This document shows positions 42,701 to 53,493 of a stretch of 64,000 bases of DNA, in pieces. The notes under the pieces are model-generated. The model worked only from the letters and a program-made list of their open reading frames with translations, did not search any database and was not told the origin of the DNA. Made by a program: the position numbers and the translations under genes. The stretch's first letter is position 1. Each line of letters opens with the position of its first letter. The stretch covers positions 864,001 through 928,000 of the forward strand of contig JASGHG010000001.1 in the NCBI GenBank assembly GCA_047602425.1. The letters are read 5' to 3'. Source of the stretch: Nibricoccus sp. Its GTDB lineage: Bacteria; Verrucomicrobiota; Verrucomicrobiia; Opitutales; Opitutaceae.

Positions 42701-44422
42701 ATGAACGAGTCAGGGTCTATAAAGAACGAAACGAAGTGGAGTTGGATGTGGTTTCCCGCCGTCTGTGTACTGTTGGTTCTCTTCAAACTGTGGCTCGTCT
42801 CCGCCCAGACAGTGCTGGCAGTCGGCCATGCCAGTCATGATGACGCGCTGTTTATCAATCTTGCGCGGCATATTCTCGGTGGACGCTGGCTCGGCCCGTA
42901 CAATGAACTCACTCTCGCTAAGGGCCCGATGTACTCGCTTTTCATCGCCGGGTCATTTCTTCTGGGTATTCCTCTTTTCACCGCCCAGCACCTGCTCTAC
43001 ATCGCAGCCTGCGGTTTTCTGACGCGCGCCTTCCGGCTGCTTGTGCCTAATCGCTGGTTTTTGCTCGGTCTTTTTGCCGTATTGTTGTTCAATCCAGTCA
43101 CCTACGACGCCAGTACCCATTCCCGCGTGTTGCGCCAGGACATTCTGCACTCGCTCGTGCTGATGATTCTCGCAGGCCTCGTCGGACTGTACGCGTGTCG
43201 CGAACAACCAAAAAAACGCCTTCTCCCCTGGATTCTTCTACTCGGCATATCGCTCCCTGCCTTCTGGCTAACCCGAGAGGAAGGCGTTTGGTTGATGCCC
43301 TGCGTGATTCTAGTCTGGGCGTTCACCGCTTTCGCCATCTGGAGGCAAAAACCAGCAGACCTCACCGCCCGCATCGCACTGCTCATCGTTCCCGCTGTGA
43401 TGTGGCTGTCGGGTCTGGCGATTGTAGCTGGTTTAAACAAAGCCTACTATGGCGTCTTCACAACCTGCGAGTTTCGCCAGAGCGAATTCAAATCCGCGTT
43501 CGGTGCCATGCTACGAACCGCCCCCAAAGACTACCCACTCTACCTGCCCGTCACCCGCGAAGGTCGGGAAAAACTCTACACAATAAGCCCGACGTTCGCG
43601 AAATTGCGCGCGCATTTGGAAGGCCCGACCGGCGAAGCCTGGGCGGGAATTGGCGAATTCGTCACCCACAAGCCACCGGCCGAACGCGAAATCGCCATGG
43701 GCTGGCTAATGTGGGCGCTACGTCGGGCAGTCGTTGAAACTGGCCAAGCCAAAAATGCCGCCGAAACCATGGCCTTCTACAAAAAAATGGCCGATGAAAT
43801 TAACACCGCTTGTGACCGCGGATTAATTCCCGCCCGAGCCAAAATGGGCGGATTCATTCCCCCAATCGAGAAACAGCAGCGTGACGCTTTTATAACCGTA
43901 CTGCCCAAAACCGCTAAATATTTTGTGTCTTTCGGCGATATAACTCCTGTGACTAATGGAGGTAGTTCAGGCACAGCCGAAGAGCTTGTCTGGTTTACCG
44001 ATCTCACTCGTGGGCGCTTAAGCCCCGGGCCAGGAGTGCCAGCCATTCCAAGGCGACAAGCCCGCCTCGATCAGCTCCGCGTTAGCATTCTGTCTTGGAT
44101 CACCGACGTGTACGCTGCGCTCACTCCCTGGATAGTCGTCCTGGGTTTGCTCACGTTGACTGCAAGTAGTGTCCTGATCCTCGCTAAACGGAGCTTCAAC
44201 TTCCACTTCCTGCTCAGTCTTGGGCTGATCGGATCGAACGCTGCGACAATCATCATCGTCTCTCTAATCGACGCCACTTCATTCCCCGCGCTGAATACCG
44301 GTTATTTTACCGGTGGCTACGCGCTCTGGATGCTGTTCATTTTTGTTTCATCGACCTCGTTGCAAACTGTCCTCACGAAACCTTCTCTATCCACGATCCA
44401 ACCTCTGGCATCAAAGCCATGA
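42701..44422 (+). CDS. Polytopic membrane protein (GT-C-like)
   Basis: 'HDDALF' after TM1, 'TREE', many TMs. Confidence 0.65.
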   Translation: MNESGSIKNETKWSWMWFPAVCVLLVLFKLWLVSAQTVLAVGHASHDDALFINLARHILGGRWLGPYNELTLAKGPMYSLFIAGSFLLGIPLFTAQHLLYIAACGFLTRAFRLLVPNRWFLLGLFAVLLFNPVTYDASTHSRVLRQDILHSLVLMILAGLVGLYACREQPKKRLLPWILLLGISLPAFWLTREEGVWLMPCVILVWAFTAFAIWRQKPADLTARIALLIVPAVMWLSGLAIVAGLNKAYYGVFTTCEFRQSEFKSAFGAMLRTAPKDYPLYLPVTREGREKLYTISPTFAKLRAHLEGPTGEAWAGIGEFVTHKPPAEREIAMGWLMWALRRAVVETGQAKNAAETMAFYKKMADEINTACDRGLIPARAKMGGFIPPIEKQQRDAFITVLPKTAKYFVSFGDITPVTNGGSSGTAEELVWFTDLTRGRLSPGPGVPAIPRRQARLDQLRVSILSWITDVYAALTPWIVVLGLLTLTASSVLILAKRSFNFHFLLSLGLIGSNAATIIIVSLIDATSFPALNTGYFTGGYALWMLFIFVSSTSLQTVLTKPSLSTIQPLASKP

Positions 44423-45300
44423 TCCGCTTCCTTCATAGCAAATATCGCAAAACTCGCACTTGGTTGTTGATCAAGCAGCCAGTGTTGCTCACGCCCCTCT
44501 TCTTTTACTTGGTCGAGTCCGCGGACAAACTTTTAAGAGCACGTAATCGCAAAACCATCCCTCTCACGCCAACGCCCGCGTGGAAGGAACAGTACCAGTC
44601 GATAATCGCCAGATCCCCGAAGAACCTCAGTCTATCCGCAGCATCGCCGGCCGCCTACGAAAGCGACGACTATAAAAATCCCAGAGGTGCAGTTAATGAT
44701 TGTTCCACCAACCCTCGTTTCAACCAGCAAGTCAGCCGATTCTTCGCGGGTAAAAGCCCTCTTTATATCCTGGATCTTGGTTGCGCCGGTGGAGGAATGG
44801 TCCGAAGTTTTCTCAACCAAGGTCATTTCGCAATCGGACTCGAAGGTTCCGACGCGCCAAAAAAACACAAACTCTGGGAATGGGCATTTATCCCTGAGCA
44901 TCTTTTCACCTGCGACATCACCCAACCTTGGGCGATAACATGCGGCGACAATGCCCCGGTCCTTTTCGATCTCGTCACTGCATGGGAGGTCATGGAGCAC
45001 ATCCCTGAATCCAAACTCGAGGGTCTGTTGAATAACATTTTTAAAAGCCTCACCGTCGGTGGCGTATTTATTTGCTCGATCGATTTCAGTCCCGACGGCA
45101 ACCCGCTACGAAACTCCGTCTACCACCAAACCGTCAAACCTTACGGCTGGTGGGCAAATCTCTTTGTCACGAAAGGCTTCCAGATTGTCGACCACCACCC
45201 GTTTGCCGTGGAAGATTTTGTTCGGGGCAATGGCCTCTCGATCAAGGATTGGCATCCGGCTGATGGCACTGGAGCACATTTTATACTTCGAAAGCTTTAG
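44419..45300 (+). CDS. Class I SAM-dependent methyltransferase
   Basis: 'LDLGCAGG', 'WEVMEHI'. Confidence 0.85.
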   Translation: MIRFLHSKYRKTRTWLLIKQPVLLTPLFFYLVESADKLLRARNRKTIPLTPTPAWKEQYQSIIARSPKNLSLSAASPAAYESDDYKNPRGAVNDCSTNPRFNQQVSRFFAGKSPLYILDLGCAGGGMVRSFLNQGHFAIGLEGSDAPKKHKLWEWAFIPEHLFTCDITQPWAITCGDNAPVLFDLVTAWEVMEHIPESKLEGLLNNIFKSLTVGGVFICSIDFSPDGNPLRNSVYHQTVKPYGWWANLFVTKGFQIVDHHPFAVEDFVRGNGLSIKDWHPADGTGAHFILRKL

Positions 45301-45382
45301 GATATATTTAGCCGGACGAGCTAAAATCCTTGTCAGGACTGCGCAATGGCAGTTGCACCCATAGCCATCTAACGATGGCCAC

Positions 45383-46591
45383 TCACCGTCTTGCAACACG
45401 CTGCGCCATCTCCAGCAACAAAGTAAACGCGAAGGTCTGGAATCCCAAAATCACAAGCAATAATCCCAATACCGCACTGTGCGACACCTGTGCCAGCTGC
45501 ATTCGTTCGGAAAAATAGTACCAGACAAATTTTCCGAGCAGCAGAAGGCCGGCGACGATCAATCCACCCGAGGTAACCATACCCCGATTATAGCTCAGGC
45601 CGTGCTGCACCGAAGTCGCTATACCTGTGCGCATGCCGTGCATAATTCGGGCAATAATTCCGATTTGCAGGCAACTATAACCAAGAGTCGTACATGTTAC
45701 ACCAAAGAGGAGCCAGTGGAGACTAATGCCTATTCGACCAACTTGAAACGGGCCGTTTATACCAACGCTAAGAGAAAGAATAAGGCCGAAGAACGTCAGG
45801 ATCGTACCCGGTCGCATCAAAAACGAGTCAGGCGAGTATACGAGCATAACCTTCAAGTTGATCCAACCGGCAATCCAGGGCGACAGCCAGCCGGCACGGC
45901 GGTGGTGACTCAGGCGGCCTTCGCGGTCCTTGTAGAATTTCACCGGCACTTCCGCGATGCGCAGGCCCAGACGCGCCGCCTTCAAAACCATTTCCGAGGC
46001 GTATTCCCATGATTGCGATTTCAGGTCGATCTTCGCGAGAGCCTCTCGCGTCAATCCGCGCATGCCACAATGGATGTCCGTATACTTGCTGCGGTAAATT
46101 AAATTCAGGATCCACGTCGTCAGCGGCGTGCCAAAATATTGATGCAGCGGCGGCATCGCGCCGACCTCAATGCTACCGGCAAATCGACTGCCCATCACAT
46201 ATTCCGCCCCTTTCCTGAATTGGTCCACGAAGGGCGCGAGTTCGCGAAAATCGTAGGTGAGATCCGCGTCTCCCATGACGATCCATTTCCCACGAATAAA
46301 TGGAATTGCATCGATGTAAGCCCGCCCGAGGCCGCGCTTCGGCACGCGCAAAACTTCTCCACCCCGCTCCAGCACGAGGCGCGGCGTCTCATCAGTCGAA
46401 CTATCGACAATCAGTATTTGCCCGCGCACTCCGGCGCGTTTCAATCCTTCGTGACACCACTCCACAAATTCGCCCACCGTCAGCGCTTCGTTCAACGCCG
46501 GCACGACGATGCTCAGCTCCACCGGTTCAAGCTTTTGCCCGGGGGGCACGAGATGTTCCACCTGGGTGGGTGCGGGATTGGTTTCAGGCAT
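45383..46591 (-). CDS. GT2 polyprenyl-phosphate glycosyltransferase (DPM-synthase-like) with C-terminal TMs
   Basis: 'VPALNE', 'DAD', 'GSRF', four C-terminal TMs. Confidence 0.85.
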   Translation of the reverse strand: MPETNPAPTQVEHLVPPGQKLEPVELSIVVPALNEALTVGEFVEWCHEGLKRAGVRGQILIVDSSTDETPRLVLERGGEVLRVPKRGLGRAYIDAIPFIRGKWIVMGDADLTYDFRELAPFVDQFRKGAEYVMGSRFAGSIEVGAMPPLHQYFGTPLTTWILNLIYRSKYTDIHCGMRGLTREALAKIDLKSQSWEYASEMVLKAARLGLRIAEVPVKFYKDREGRLSHHRRAGWLSPWIAGWINLKVMLVYSPDSFLMRPGTILTFFGLILSLSVGINGPFQVGRIGISLHWLLFGVTCTTLGYSCLQIGIIARIMHGMRTGIATSVQHGLSYNRGMVTSGGLIVAGLLLLGKFVWYYFSERMQLAQVSHSAVLGLLLVILGFQTFAFTLLLEMAQRVARR

Positions 46592-47546
46592 GATTAATCT
46601 CCTCGCGCATCGCCGCCATCGAATCGCGCATCGCTTGCGACGAATTTCGCCGGCACGTCCAGCCAAGTGTTTTGATTTTTGCGCAATCAAACCGAACCAC
46701 CGGCACATCGCCTTTCCATCCACGATCGCCGCCGGTAAATTCGTAGTGCACCGCGCCAGGTTTGAGTCCGCACACGTCGGCCGCCAGATCCGCGATTTGT
46801 TTCACCGTAACATAATCGTCGGTCGCCACATTGAAAACATCGTAACAGGGCGCTGTCTGCTTCGCGGCGAGCAAGACCGCATCGAGAATGTCTTCGACGT
46901 GGATGTAGCTCTTGCTTTGCGAACCATCGCCGAGGATGCGCAACCGCGCGGGGTCAGCCTTCAATCGGCGCACAAAATCGTAGCCCACGCCGTGGGTTTG
47001 CCGCGGGCCGACCACGTTGGCGAAACGAAACGCCCGCGCCGTCAGCCCGAACATGTGACTGTACGCACAAACCAACGCTTCGCATGCCAGTTTGCTCGCA
47101 CCGTAAGTCGAAATCGGCAGGCACGGGCCATAATCTTCGCGAAACGCCACCTTCGCGTTTTCGCCATAAACGCCGCTGCCCGACATGTAGAGCAACTGCG
47201 GCACCTTGTTCACGCGAATCGCTTCCAAAACATTCTGCAAGAGGTAAGTTCCCTCCCAAAAATCGATGTCTGGCTGCGTCACCGCCTTGGCTATGTCGGG
47301 ATTCGCCGCAAAGTGAAACACCGCGTCAGACCCCGCCATCGTGCTCTTCAGTTTGTCTAAATCCTTGATGTCCGCCTCCACCACTTGTAGTCGCGCGTCA
47401 CCGGCCACATCGCGCAAATGCTGCCGCGTGCCCGACGTGAAATTGTCGTAGACCACCACCCGAACCACGTCAGGATTTTTCAACAAACGCGCGACAAGGT
47501 GACTCCCAATGAAGCCTGCCCCGCCGCTGACAAAAATATTCCGCAT
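46584..47546 (-). CDS. NAD-dependent nucleotide-sugar epimerase/dehydratase
   Basis: 'GGAGFIGS', 'YGASK'. Confidence 0.9.
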   Translation of the reverse strand: MRNIFVSGGAGFIGSHLVARLLKNPDVVRVVVYDNFTSGTRQHLRDVAGDARLQVVEADIKDLDKLKSTMAGSDAVFHFAANPDIAKAVTQPDIDFWEGTYLLQNVLEAIRVNKVPQLLYMSGSGVYGENAKVAFREDYGPCLPISTYGASKLACEALVCAYSHMFGLTARAFRFANVVGPRQTHGVGYDFVRRLKADPARLRILGDGSQSKSYIHVEDILDAVLLAAKQTAPCYDVFNVATDDYVTVKQIADLAADVCGLKPGAVHYEFTGGDRGWKGDVPVVRFDCAKIKTLGWTCRRNSSQAMRDSMAAMREEINHA

Positions 47547-47990
47547 GGTGTTGAAGTGTGGAGGTGTTGAATTCGTTAAAAGAAGGGAACTTCAAACAGC
47601 GTCGCCCAATGGTGGCAAGAGGATCCTCACCCGTTCGCCCCGCCTCCGTTCTTCGCCTTCGTGCACTTTGGCCCTACCAATCAGTTTGTAGTCTATTAAA
47701 TGACAATCGTCCTGAGCGCGGTCCCGTCCTCCGCGGTCTTTCTTCTCCCGGTCGATCCTCACCGCAGTCATTTAATGGATGACAAACATTCCCCATCCAC
47801 TCTCAAGCAGGCCTACAAATTTCCTCGATTAGTCGGGATGCCGCGATGACACACCTCGCCCTTTCGGCCAGCGGTGGTCACATCCGCTTCGTTCGATTGC
47901 TAGCAAGCGCATGAAAAGTCCATGCGCTTTACTTTACGTCAAGTAAAGCCCCGCTTGCCCGCCGCGGTTCGATGGCCGCATGATCTTTCC

Positions 47991-48953
47991 ATGAACTGCT
48001 CCACCCCGCGTTGCCTGCAAGCAATCCTCTTCGTTTTGGCTCTTGCTCTTGTTTCCCCCACGGCCCGCGCCGCCAATCCCGCGATTGTCGATCCGCTCAC
48101 CGCCGATCCCGCCGCCTTGGTTCACAAGGGCACGGTTTACCTCTATACCGGTCACGACGAAGCCGACGAAAAACACCACGGCTATGTCATGAACAAATGG
48201 CTCTGCTTCTCGTCGACCGACATGGTCAACTGGAAGCAACACCCCTCGCCGCTCGCTTTCAGCGATTTCACTTGGGCGTTGAAAAACGCCTGGGCCGGCC
48301 AGGTCATCGAGCGCGATGGCAAATTCTTCTGGTACGTACCCATGGAGCATAAAACCATTCATGGTTTCGCCATCGGCGTCGCCGTCTCCGACAGCCCCAC
48401 CGGCCCGTTCAAGGACGCCAAAGGATCCGCCCTCATCACGAACGACATGACGACCGACGTGAAAATCTCCTGGGACGACATCGATCCCTCCGTCTTCATC
48501 GATGACGACGGTCAGGCCTACCTCTTCTGGGGGAACCAACGCTGCCGCTACATCAAACTTAAGAAAAACATGATCGAGACCGAGGGGCCGATCGTCACGG
48601 TCGATCTGCCGAAATTCACCGAGGCCCCTTGGGTCCATAAGCGCGGCAACCTCTACTACCTGAGTTACGCCTACGACTGGCCGGAAAAAACCGCCTACGC
48701 CACCGCCGAAAAAATCACCGGTCCCTGGATCTTCCGCGGCGTCATCCAAGAACTCGCGGGCAACTGCAACACGAACCACCAATCGATCATCGAGTACAAG
48801 GGCCGCAGCTATTTCATTTATCACAACGGCGGTACTCCACAGGGCGGCAGCTTCCGTCGTTCCGTCTGCATCGACTACCTCAATTACAACCCCGACGGCA
48901 CGATTCAGCACATCATTCCGACCTCCGAGGGCGTCGCCCCTGCCAAGGATTAA
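47991..48953 (+). CDS. GH43 glycoside hydrolase (xylosidase/arabinofuranosidase-like)
   Basis: 'TADP', 'AWAGQV', 'IDPSVF', 'TEAPW', 'TNHQ'. Confidence 0.9.
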   Translation: MNCSTPRCLQAILFVLALALVSPTARAANPAIVDPLTADPAALVHKGTVYLYTGHDEADEKHHGYVMNKWLCFSSTDMVNWKQHPSPLAFSDFTWALKNAWAGQVIERDGKFFWYVPMEHKTIHGFAIGVAVSDSPTGPFKDAKGSALITNDMTTDVKISWDDIDPSVFIDDDGQAYLFWGNQRCRYIKLKKNMIETEGPIVTVDLPKFTEAPWVHKRGNLYYLSYAYDWPEKTAYATAEKITGPWIFRGVIQELAGNCNTNHQSIIEYKGRSYFIYHNGGTPQGGSFRRSVCIDYLNYNPDGTIQHIIPTSEGVAPAKD

Positions 48954-49136
48954 TTTCTCCCCTCGGCGGATCGACTTCCACGTCGACTGTGTCTCTGCGG
49001 TTCCGAACGGCGCGGAAATCGGTCCTCCATTGCCGCACTTTCGCCGTCACTGTTCGATGGGGGTCAAACGCCTTTTGACCCTCCGCCCTGGAAATAAACT
49101 TGTCCTCAGGCCCTGCTCCGGGGTTGCCTGCTCGCG

Positions 49137-49736
49137 ATGAAAAATCTGCTCGCCGCCTTTCTGCTCGCCACGGTTGTCATCTCTTCATCCGCCGCCGAAC
49201 CACCAAAACCCGTCACGGCCGCCGAGGAGGCCGCGCAGGCTCGCAAAGAATACGCCGAATTTCTCGCCCAGGTCATCACCGCTGAAAATGTAGCCGATCT
49301 CGTCGCCGTCATGGACCGTGTGATTGACGAAGCCGAGCATGGATTGGTCGACAAACAGCCCGACCCGGGTCTCGTCGAGGCCACCTCAAAATCCGGCCTA
49401 CGTATCGAGTTTTCCACGACGGATGCGAAACAGGCCATTATCTACTATCTGAAAATCTCCCGCGGCGGACCCGAACTTCGTTACGACGATGCCGTCAAGT
49501 TCGCCGCTCTTTTCACCGACCGCGCCGGTCTGCCCCACCCGCTCGATATCACCGAGGGCGACAAATCCACTTTCGCCGTCCGCTGGCTGTTCAAGCCGTC
49601 GGATTGGAAAAAATTTCTCAAGCAGATCAAAAAAGCCCGCGCCGAAAACCGCGCCGAGAAAAATCTCGCCCAGGCTTTTCTCAAGGCCGTCGAACGCGAA
49701 CTCGAGGCCCGCGCGGCCATTCAACAGGGCCATTGA
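49137..49736 (+). CDS. Exported hypothetical protein
   Basis: Signal peptide MKNLLAAFLLA... Confidence 0.7.
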   Translation: MKNLLAAFLLATVVISSSAAEPPKPVTAAEEAAQARKEYAEFLAQVITAENVADLVAVMDRVIDEAEHGLVDKQPDPGLVEATSKSGLRIEFSTTDAKQAIIYYLKISRGGPELRYDDAVKFAALFTDRAGLPHPLDITEGDKSTFAVRWLFKPSDWKKFLKQIKKARAENRAEKNLAQAFLKAVERELEARAAIQQGH

Positions 49737-49998
49737 ACGGCCCGCTTTGCCATTTTTCACCGCAGGTTCCGGTCATCGGCGTAAAACCGCTGGGAAAATC
49801 CCTCTCCGCGCGAAAGCTGTGTTGCGTGGTGTCGTAACTACCTTTGACATGCCCCACCCAGTTTCCCCGCCCCGATGCCAGCCCTACCCCTTTTTCCAAA
49901 AAATCCCGCATCCCGACCGGCCGCGCAAGCATCTGAGCAATAACCCCTGATCGCTCTTCCTGCGGCAACTTTCCCCTTTCGTTCCTGTCCACCCCGCC

Positions 49999-51066
49999 AT
50001 GATTTTTCAGCCCGCCAATCCTCGCTTTCTCCCGCTTGGCGGCAGTCTGCCCCGGGGGTGGTTTGTGGGCGTTATTTTGGCTCTGCTGCTGACTTCAGCG
50101 GCGCTGGCTGACACGAAACCGAGCGTACCGCCAGCGAAACTTCCGCCCGCCGACTCCGCGGAGGAAACAGAGCCCGGCGACGATTCGCCCGATATTAAAA
50201 CCAGCAAGCCGTTCATGGGCGATCTTCGCACCCGCATGATGGAAGACCTTCTCCGCATGCGCGAATTCTTCGACACGACCGTTCCCGGCACGATGAAGAA
50301 GTACAAGCTGGTCTTGAGCTTTTCCCCGCGCTCGGCCGACGTGACCCGCGGCGAATTCATCCGCGTTTCCACTTTGCTGCGTTACGGCTTGCGCGACCGC
50401 TGGGAACTTTACGGCGGTGTCACGCCCTACGTTCCCAACCCATTCAACACCGGCAACGAACACCACTGGGGCATGGGTGAAGGCCGGACCGGTGTCCGCT
50501 ACAACTGGGGCAGTTGGGGCCGCGTCTTCGACAAAGTCACGGTGGGCATCGAGGGCCGCACGCCGCTCGGCAGTCCGCCACCCCGCCTGATCGACCGCTA
50601 TTCGCACATCGCCCCGTTCATCAATGCCTCGCGCCCGCTTCCCTTCGACGACACCACGCTCTTCGCCAACTTCACGTATGATCGCGCCGTCGATGCGCCC
50701 TGGCGCGCCGCCGCCCCCGCCTTTCCGTTGGCCATCCAACGCCACGTCTTCATCGCCACGCATAGCGTGCTCTATAAACCCAACGAATTCGGCGGCATTG
50801 CCTCCTACAGTTTCCGCCACTTCCGAGACCGCGGACTCAGCACGCACCTTGGCCACGAATTCAAAATCGGCGCCATCTGGGACGCCCCTCTCTGGCGCAC
50901 CCAATCCTGGGGCCTGCCGGGCAAATGGCAGATAGAAGTCTCCCCGCGTGTCACGTTGGAAGAGGGCGTCAAAACCGACACCGGCGTCTCGGTCCGCGTT
51001 CGTTGGCGCACCTCCGTTCACGAGGTCTTTTCGAAAAAGTCCTACCAGCGCAAACCGCGCCCTTGA
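49999..51066 (+). CDS. Exported beta-rich hypothetical protein (possible outer-membrane barrel)
   Basis: Signal peptide; amphipathic beta pattern. Confidence 0.6.
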   Translation: MIFQPANPRFLPLGGSLPRGWFVGVILALLLTSAALADTKPSVPPAKLPPADSAEETEPGDDSPDIKTSKPFMGDLRTRMMEDLLRMREFFDTTVPGTMKKYKLVLSFSPRSADVTRGEFIRVSTLLRYGLRDRWELYGGVTPYVPNPFNTGNEHHWGMGEGRTGVRYNWGSWGRVFDKVTVGIEGRTPLGSPPPRLIDRYSHIAPFINASRPLPFDDTTLFANFTYDRAVDAPWRAAAPAFPLAIQRHVFIATHSVLYKPNEFGGIASYSFRHFRDRGLSTHLGHEFKIGAIWDAPLWRTQSWGLPGKWQIEVSPRVTLEEGVKTDTGVSVRVRWRTSVHEVFSKKSYQRKPRP

Positions 51067-51245
51067 ACGAACGCCCCATCTTTGTTCCCACGGCGCTTCG
51101 GGAGGTTCGCCGTTGGCTAAAGACGAATCATCCTAAAACCACCTAACCGCCTCTTCTCCGTTCCCACGTTTCGGCGCCTGCTGGCTCCTCCGGTCTTTTG
51201 AAAATTCCGTCCGCGCCGGCCGTGAATTTCCCGTAGAGATGTCCC

Positions 51246-52106
51246 TTGCTCCACAAGACTGAAAACGTATTCTCCGCATCCACGGCAGCCGATTTTGCCG
51301 ACGCCCCTATGGACAATTTGTACACCTTGTTGCGCGCGGTCGACAACAGCCACGCCGAATACCCTTCGCCCGAACAAGCCAGCGAAATCCTCCAGCGCAA
51401 AAAAGCCTATTTCCAGGAAGAGGCCAAAACCAACCCGCTCGCCCGCGAGATCCTCCACAACGGCCGCATCGATTGCGATGCCGTCGACAAAACCACCGGT
51501 CGCCACACCTTTCTCGCCGGCCCGGCCACGTTTTTCCGCACTCACGAATTGCTCCGCTGCACTCGCCGGAAAAACCTCCCGCTTCAGATCGGCGGCAGGG
51601 AATTTTCCCACAACGAAGTCGTCGACTTCTTCGAACGCTGCGTGCCCAACGTCCAGCTTCACCACGCCCCTTGGTGCTCCCTCGCCCGCTACACCACTTC
51701 GCTCGGCCTCGCCTGGACCACCACGCTGCTCACCGCCCACTTCGTCGGCCGCAATGCCGACCAGCCCGCCCTCTTCGATCGCAGCGTGCTCTGCTACATG
51801 GTCCTCTATACCACGCTCATCGCCCTCGTCTACACCGCCTTCAAAACCAACCGCGACGTCCGCCACGCCGCCCCTTGGAATACCGCGCTTTACCTCGATC
51901 TCAACGCCGACCTTATCCGCCGCGATCTCGGCGCCGTCGCCGTCGCCCACAAAGACATTCTCCCCCGCCAAAAAGGCCTCTTCAAAACACCCGAATTCTA
52001 CTACGCCCTCGCGCGCAAAATCGAAAACCACGGCTTCGACACCGACCTCTCCGACCGCCTCCACGGCCGCAGCACCGCGCCCCTTTCCTTCAACGCCACC
52101 AAGTAG
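51246..52106 (+). CDS. Hypothetical protein with 2 TMs
   Basis: Strong C-ending codon bias in this frame; start uncertain. Confidence 0.6.
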   Translation: MLHKTENVFSASTAADFADAPMDNLYTLLRAVDNSHAEYPSPEQASEILQRKKAYFQEEAKTNPLAREILHNGRIDCDAVDKTTGRHTFLAGPATFFRTHELLRCTRRKNLPLQIGGREFSHNEVVDFFERCVPNVQLHHAPWCSLARYTTSLGLAWTTTLLTAHFVGRNADQPALFDRSVLCYMVLYTTLIALVYTAFKTNRDVRHAAPWNTALYLDLNADLIRRDLGAVAVAHKDILPRQKGLFKTPEFYYALARKIENHGFDTDLSDRLHGRSTAPLSFNATK

Positions 52107-52207
52107 AGATCCTCGGAGCAAGCCCCGAGGCATTGCCGAAATTGTAGGAGCGGCTTTACGCCGCGATTTTTCCGAACTGCAAGGCATCGTCGCCGCCTTT
52201 GACAATT

Positions 52208-52375
52208 TATACCAAGTCGCAATTCAACCGTATAAATATTGCCGGCGTTCGATGGGTAGGGACGGACCACCGGGCCGTCCGTCCGCTCGGGCCATTCGCA
52301 GGCAACGTTGACGGACGACCCGGCGTGTCGTCCCTACCTCGGCCGTTTTGATATCTTTGAATGCAACTTGGTATA
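52208..52375. mobile_element. MITE-like palindromic element with an internal REP doublet
   Basis: Ends TATACCAAGTCGCAATTCAA / TTGAATGCAACTTGGTATA; internal GGTAGGGACG(52255)...CGTCCCTACC(52338). Confidence 0.6.
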
Positions 52376-52718
52376 AGTCCCTTCAAATTGCCCGATTGCT
52401 TCAAAACCGCACCAGTCGACATTAGTCCCTTCGACGTTCGACAGCGGCATTCGCGTTTCCTCCGCCGTTAAAACTCCGTTCCCTCCGTTTCCTCCTGTAA
52501 GAAAAAACGTTTTCCTCAGCGCTCCGACGCTCGCCCCTCAACCTTCGGCGTTAGTAGGCGTGCACACGCCACCGATCTCAAGTGACTGCATCGGAAGAAA
52601 CCGTTGTCATCCATTAAATGACAAACAGCTCAGCCTCCAGCCTTCTCGATCCCTTCTCCCTCGCTTAAAAAATCTCTTTGCGCCTTCCGCGCCTTTTGTG
52701 GCCAATTCATCCTTTCCC

Positions 52719-53177
52719 ATGAAACTCTTCCCGGCGCTCCTCGCCGCCCTTTTGCTCCTTTCCGCCGGTTGCGCCTCCAACTACGCCTGGAAAGACCAGC
52801 ACGTCGATCTCCGCCAACGCAAACACTTCTACGTCGAGTCCGAACTCGCCGATAGCCACCAGCTCCACGTCGCGATCGCCGAACAACTTCGCGCCCTGGG
52901 CTACCACGCGACCTCCGGCTACCTCACCATGATGCCGAAGGACGCCGACGCCCTCGTCTCCTTCAGCAGCCGGTGGACCTGGGACTTCACAAACTACCTC
53001 ATAGAACTAAACATCCAGGTGCGCGACCCCGTGAGCGGCAAGATCCTCGCCAGCGCCGGCTATCACCGCCCCGGCATCGGCGGCACCTCGACCAAGGATC
53101 TCCTCCATCGCACCCTCTCCACCATTCTGGTCCCCAAACCACCCACCACCGGCATCCCGACCCCCGCGAAACCCTGA
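52719..53177 (+). CDS. Lipoprotein
   Basis: Lipobox 'LSAGC'; 'WTWDFTNYL'. Confidence 0.75.
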   Translation: MKLFPALLAALLLLSAGCASNYAWKDQHVDLRQRKHFYVESELADSHQLHVAIAEQLRALGYHATSGYLTMMPKDADALVSFSSRWTWDFTNYLIELNIQVRDPVSGKILASAGYHRPGIGGTSTKDLLHRTLSTILVPKPPTTGIPTPAKP

Positions 53178-53493
53178 CGCTTTCCCCCCATCTTTCCTCT
53201 TTCTCCTTATCCTTCTTCTTTCTCCTCCTCCAACTCTCGCCGTCAGTTTCCCCGAAAGAGGATTGAACGATCATCGGATGTGAACCGAACAAATAAGGTC
53301 GTAGCCGCAAAACTCCAACTGTAGGGGCGCAGTCTTGCTGCGCCCGATTTATCTCTGCTCTCGAAACGATCGAACGTCGCCAAGCTGCGCCCTTCCTTCC
53401 ACAGTTCGATTCGAACCGGATACTCCCGCCTTTTCTCCGTTCCCTCCGTTTCCTCCTGTAACAACAAACCCACCGGAAAAATCTTCTGGGCCC

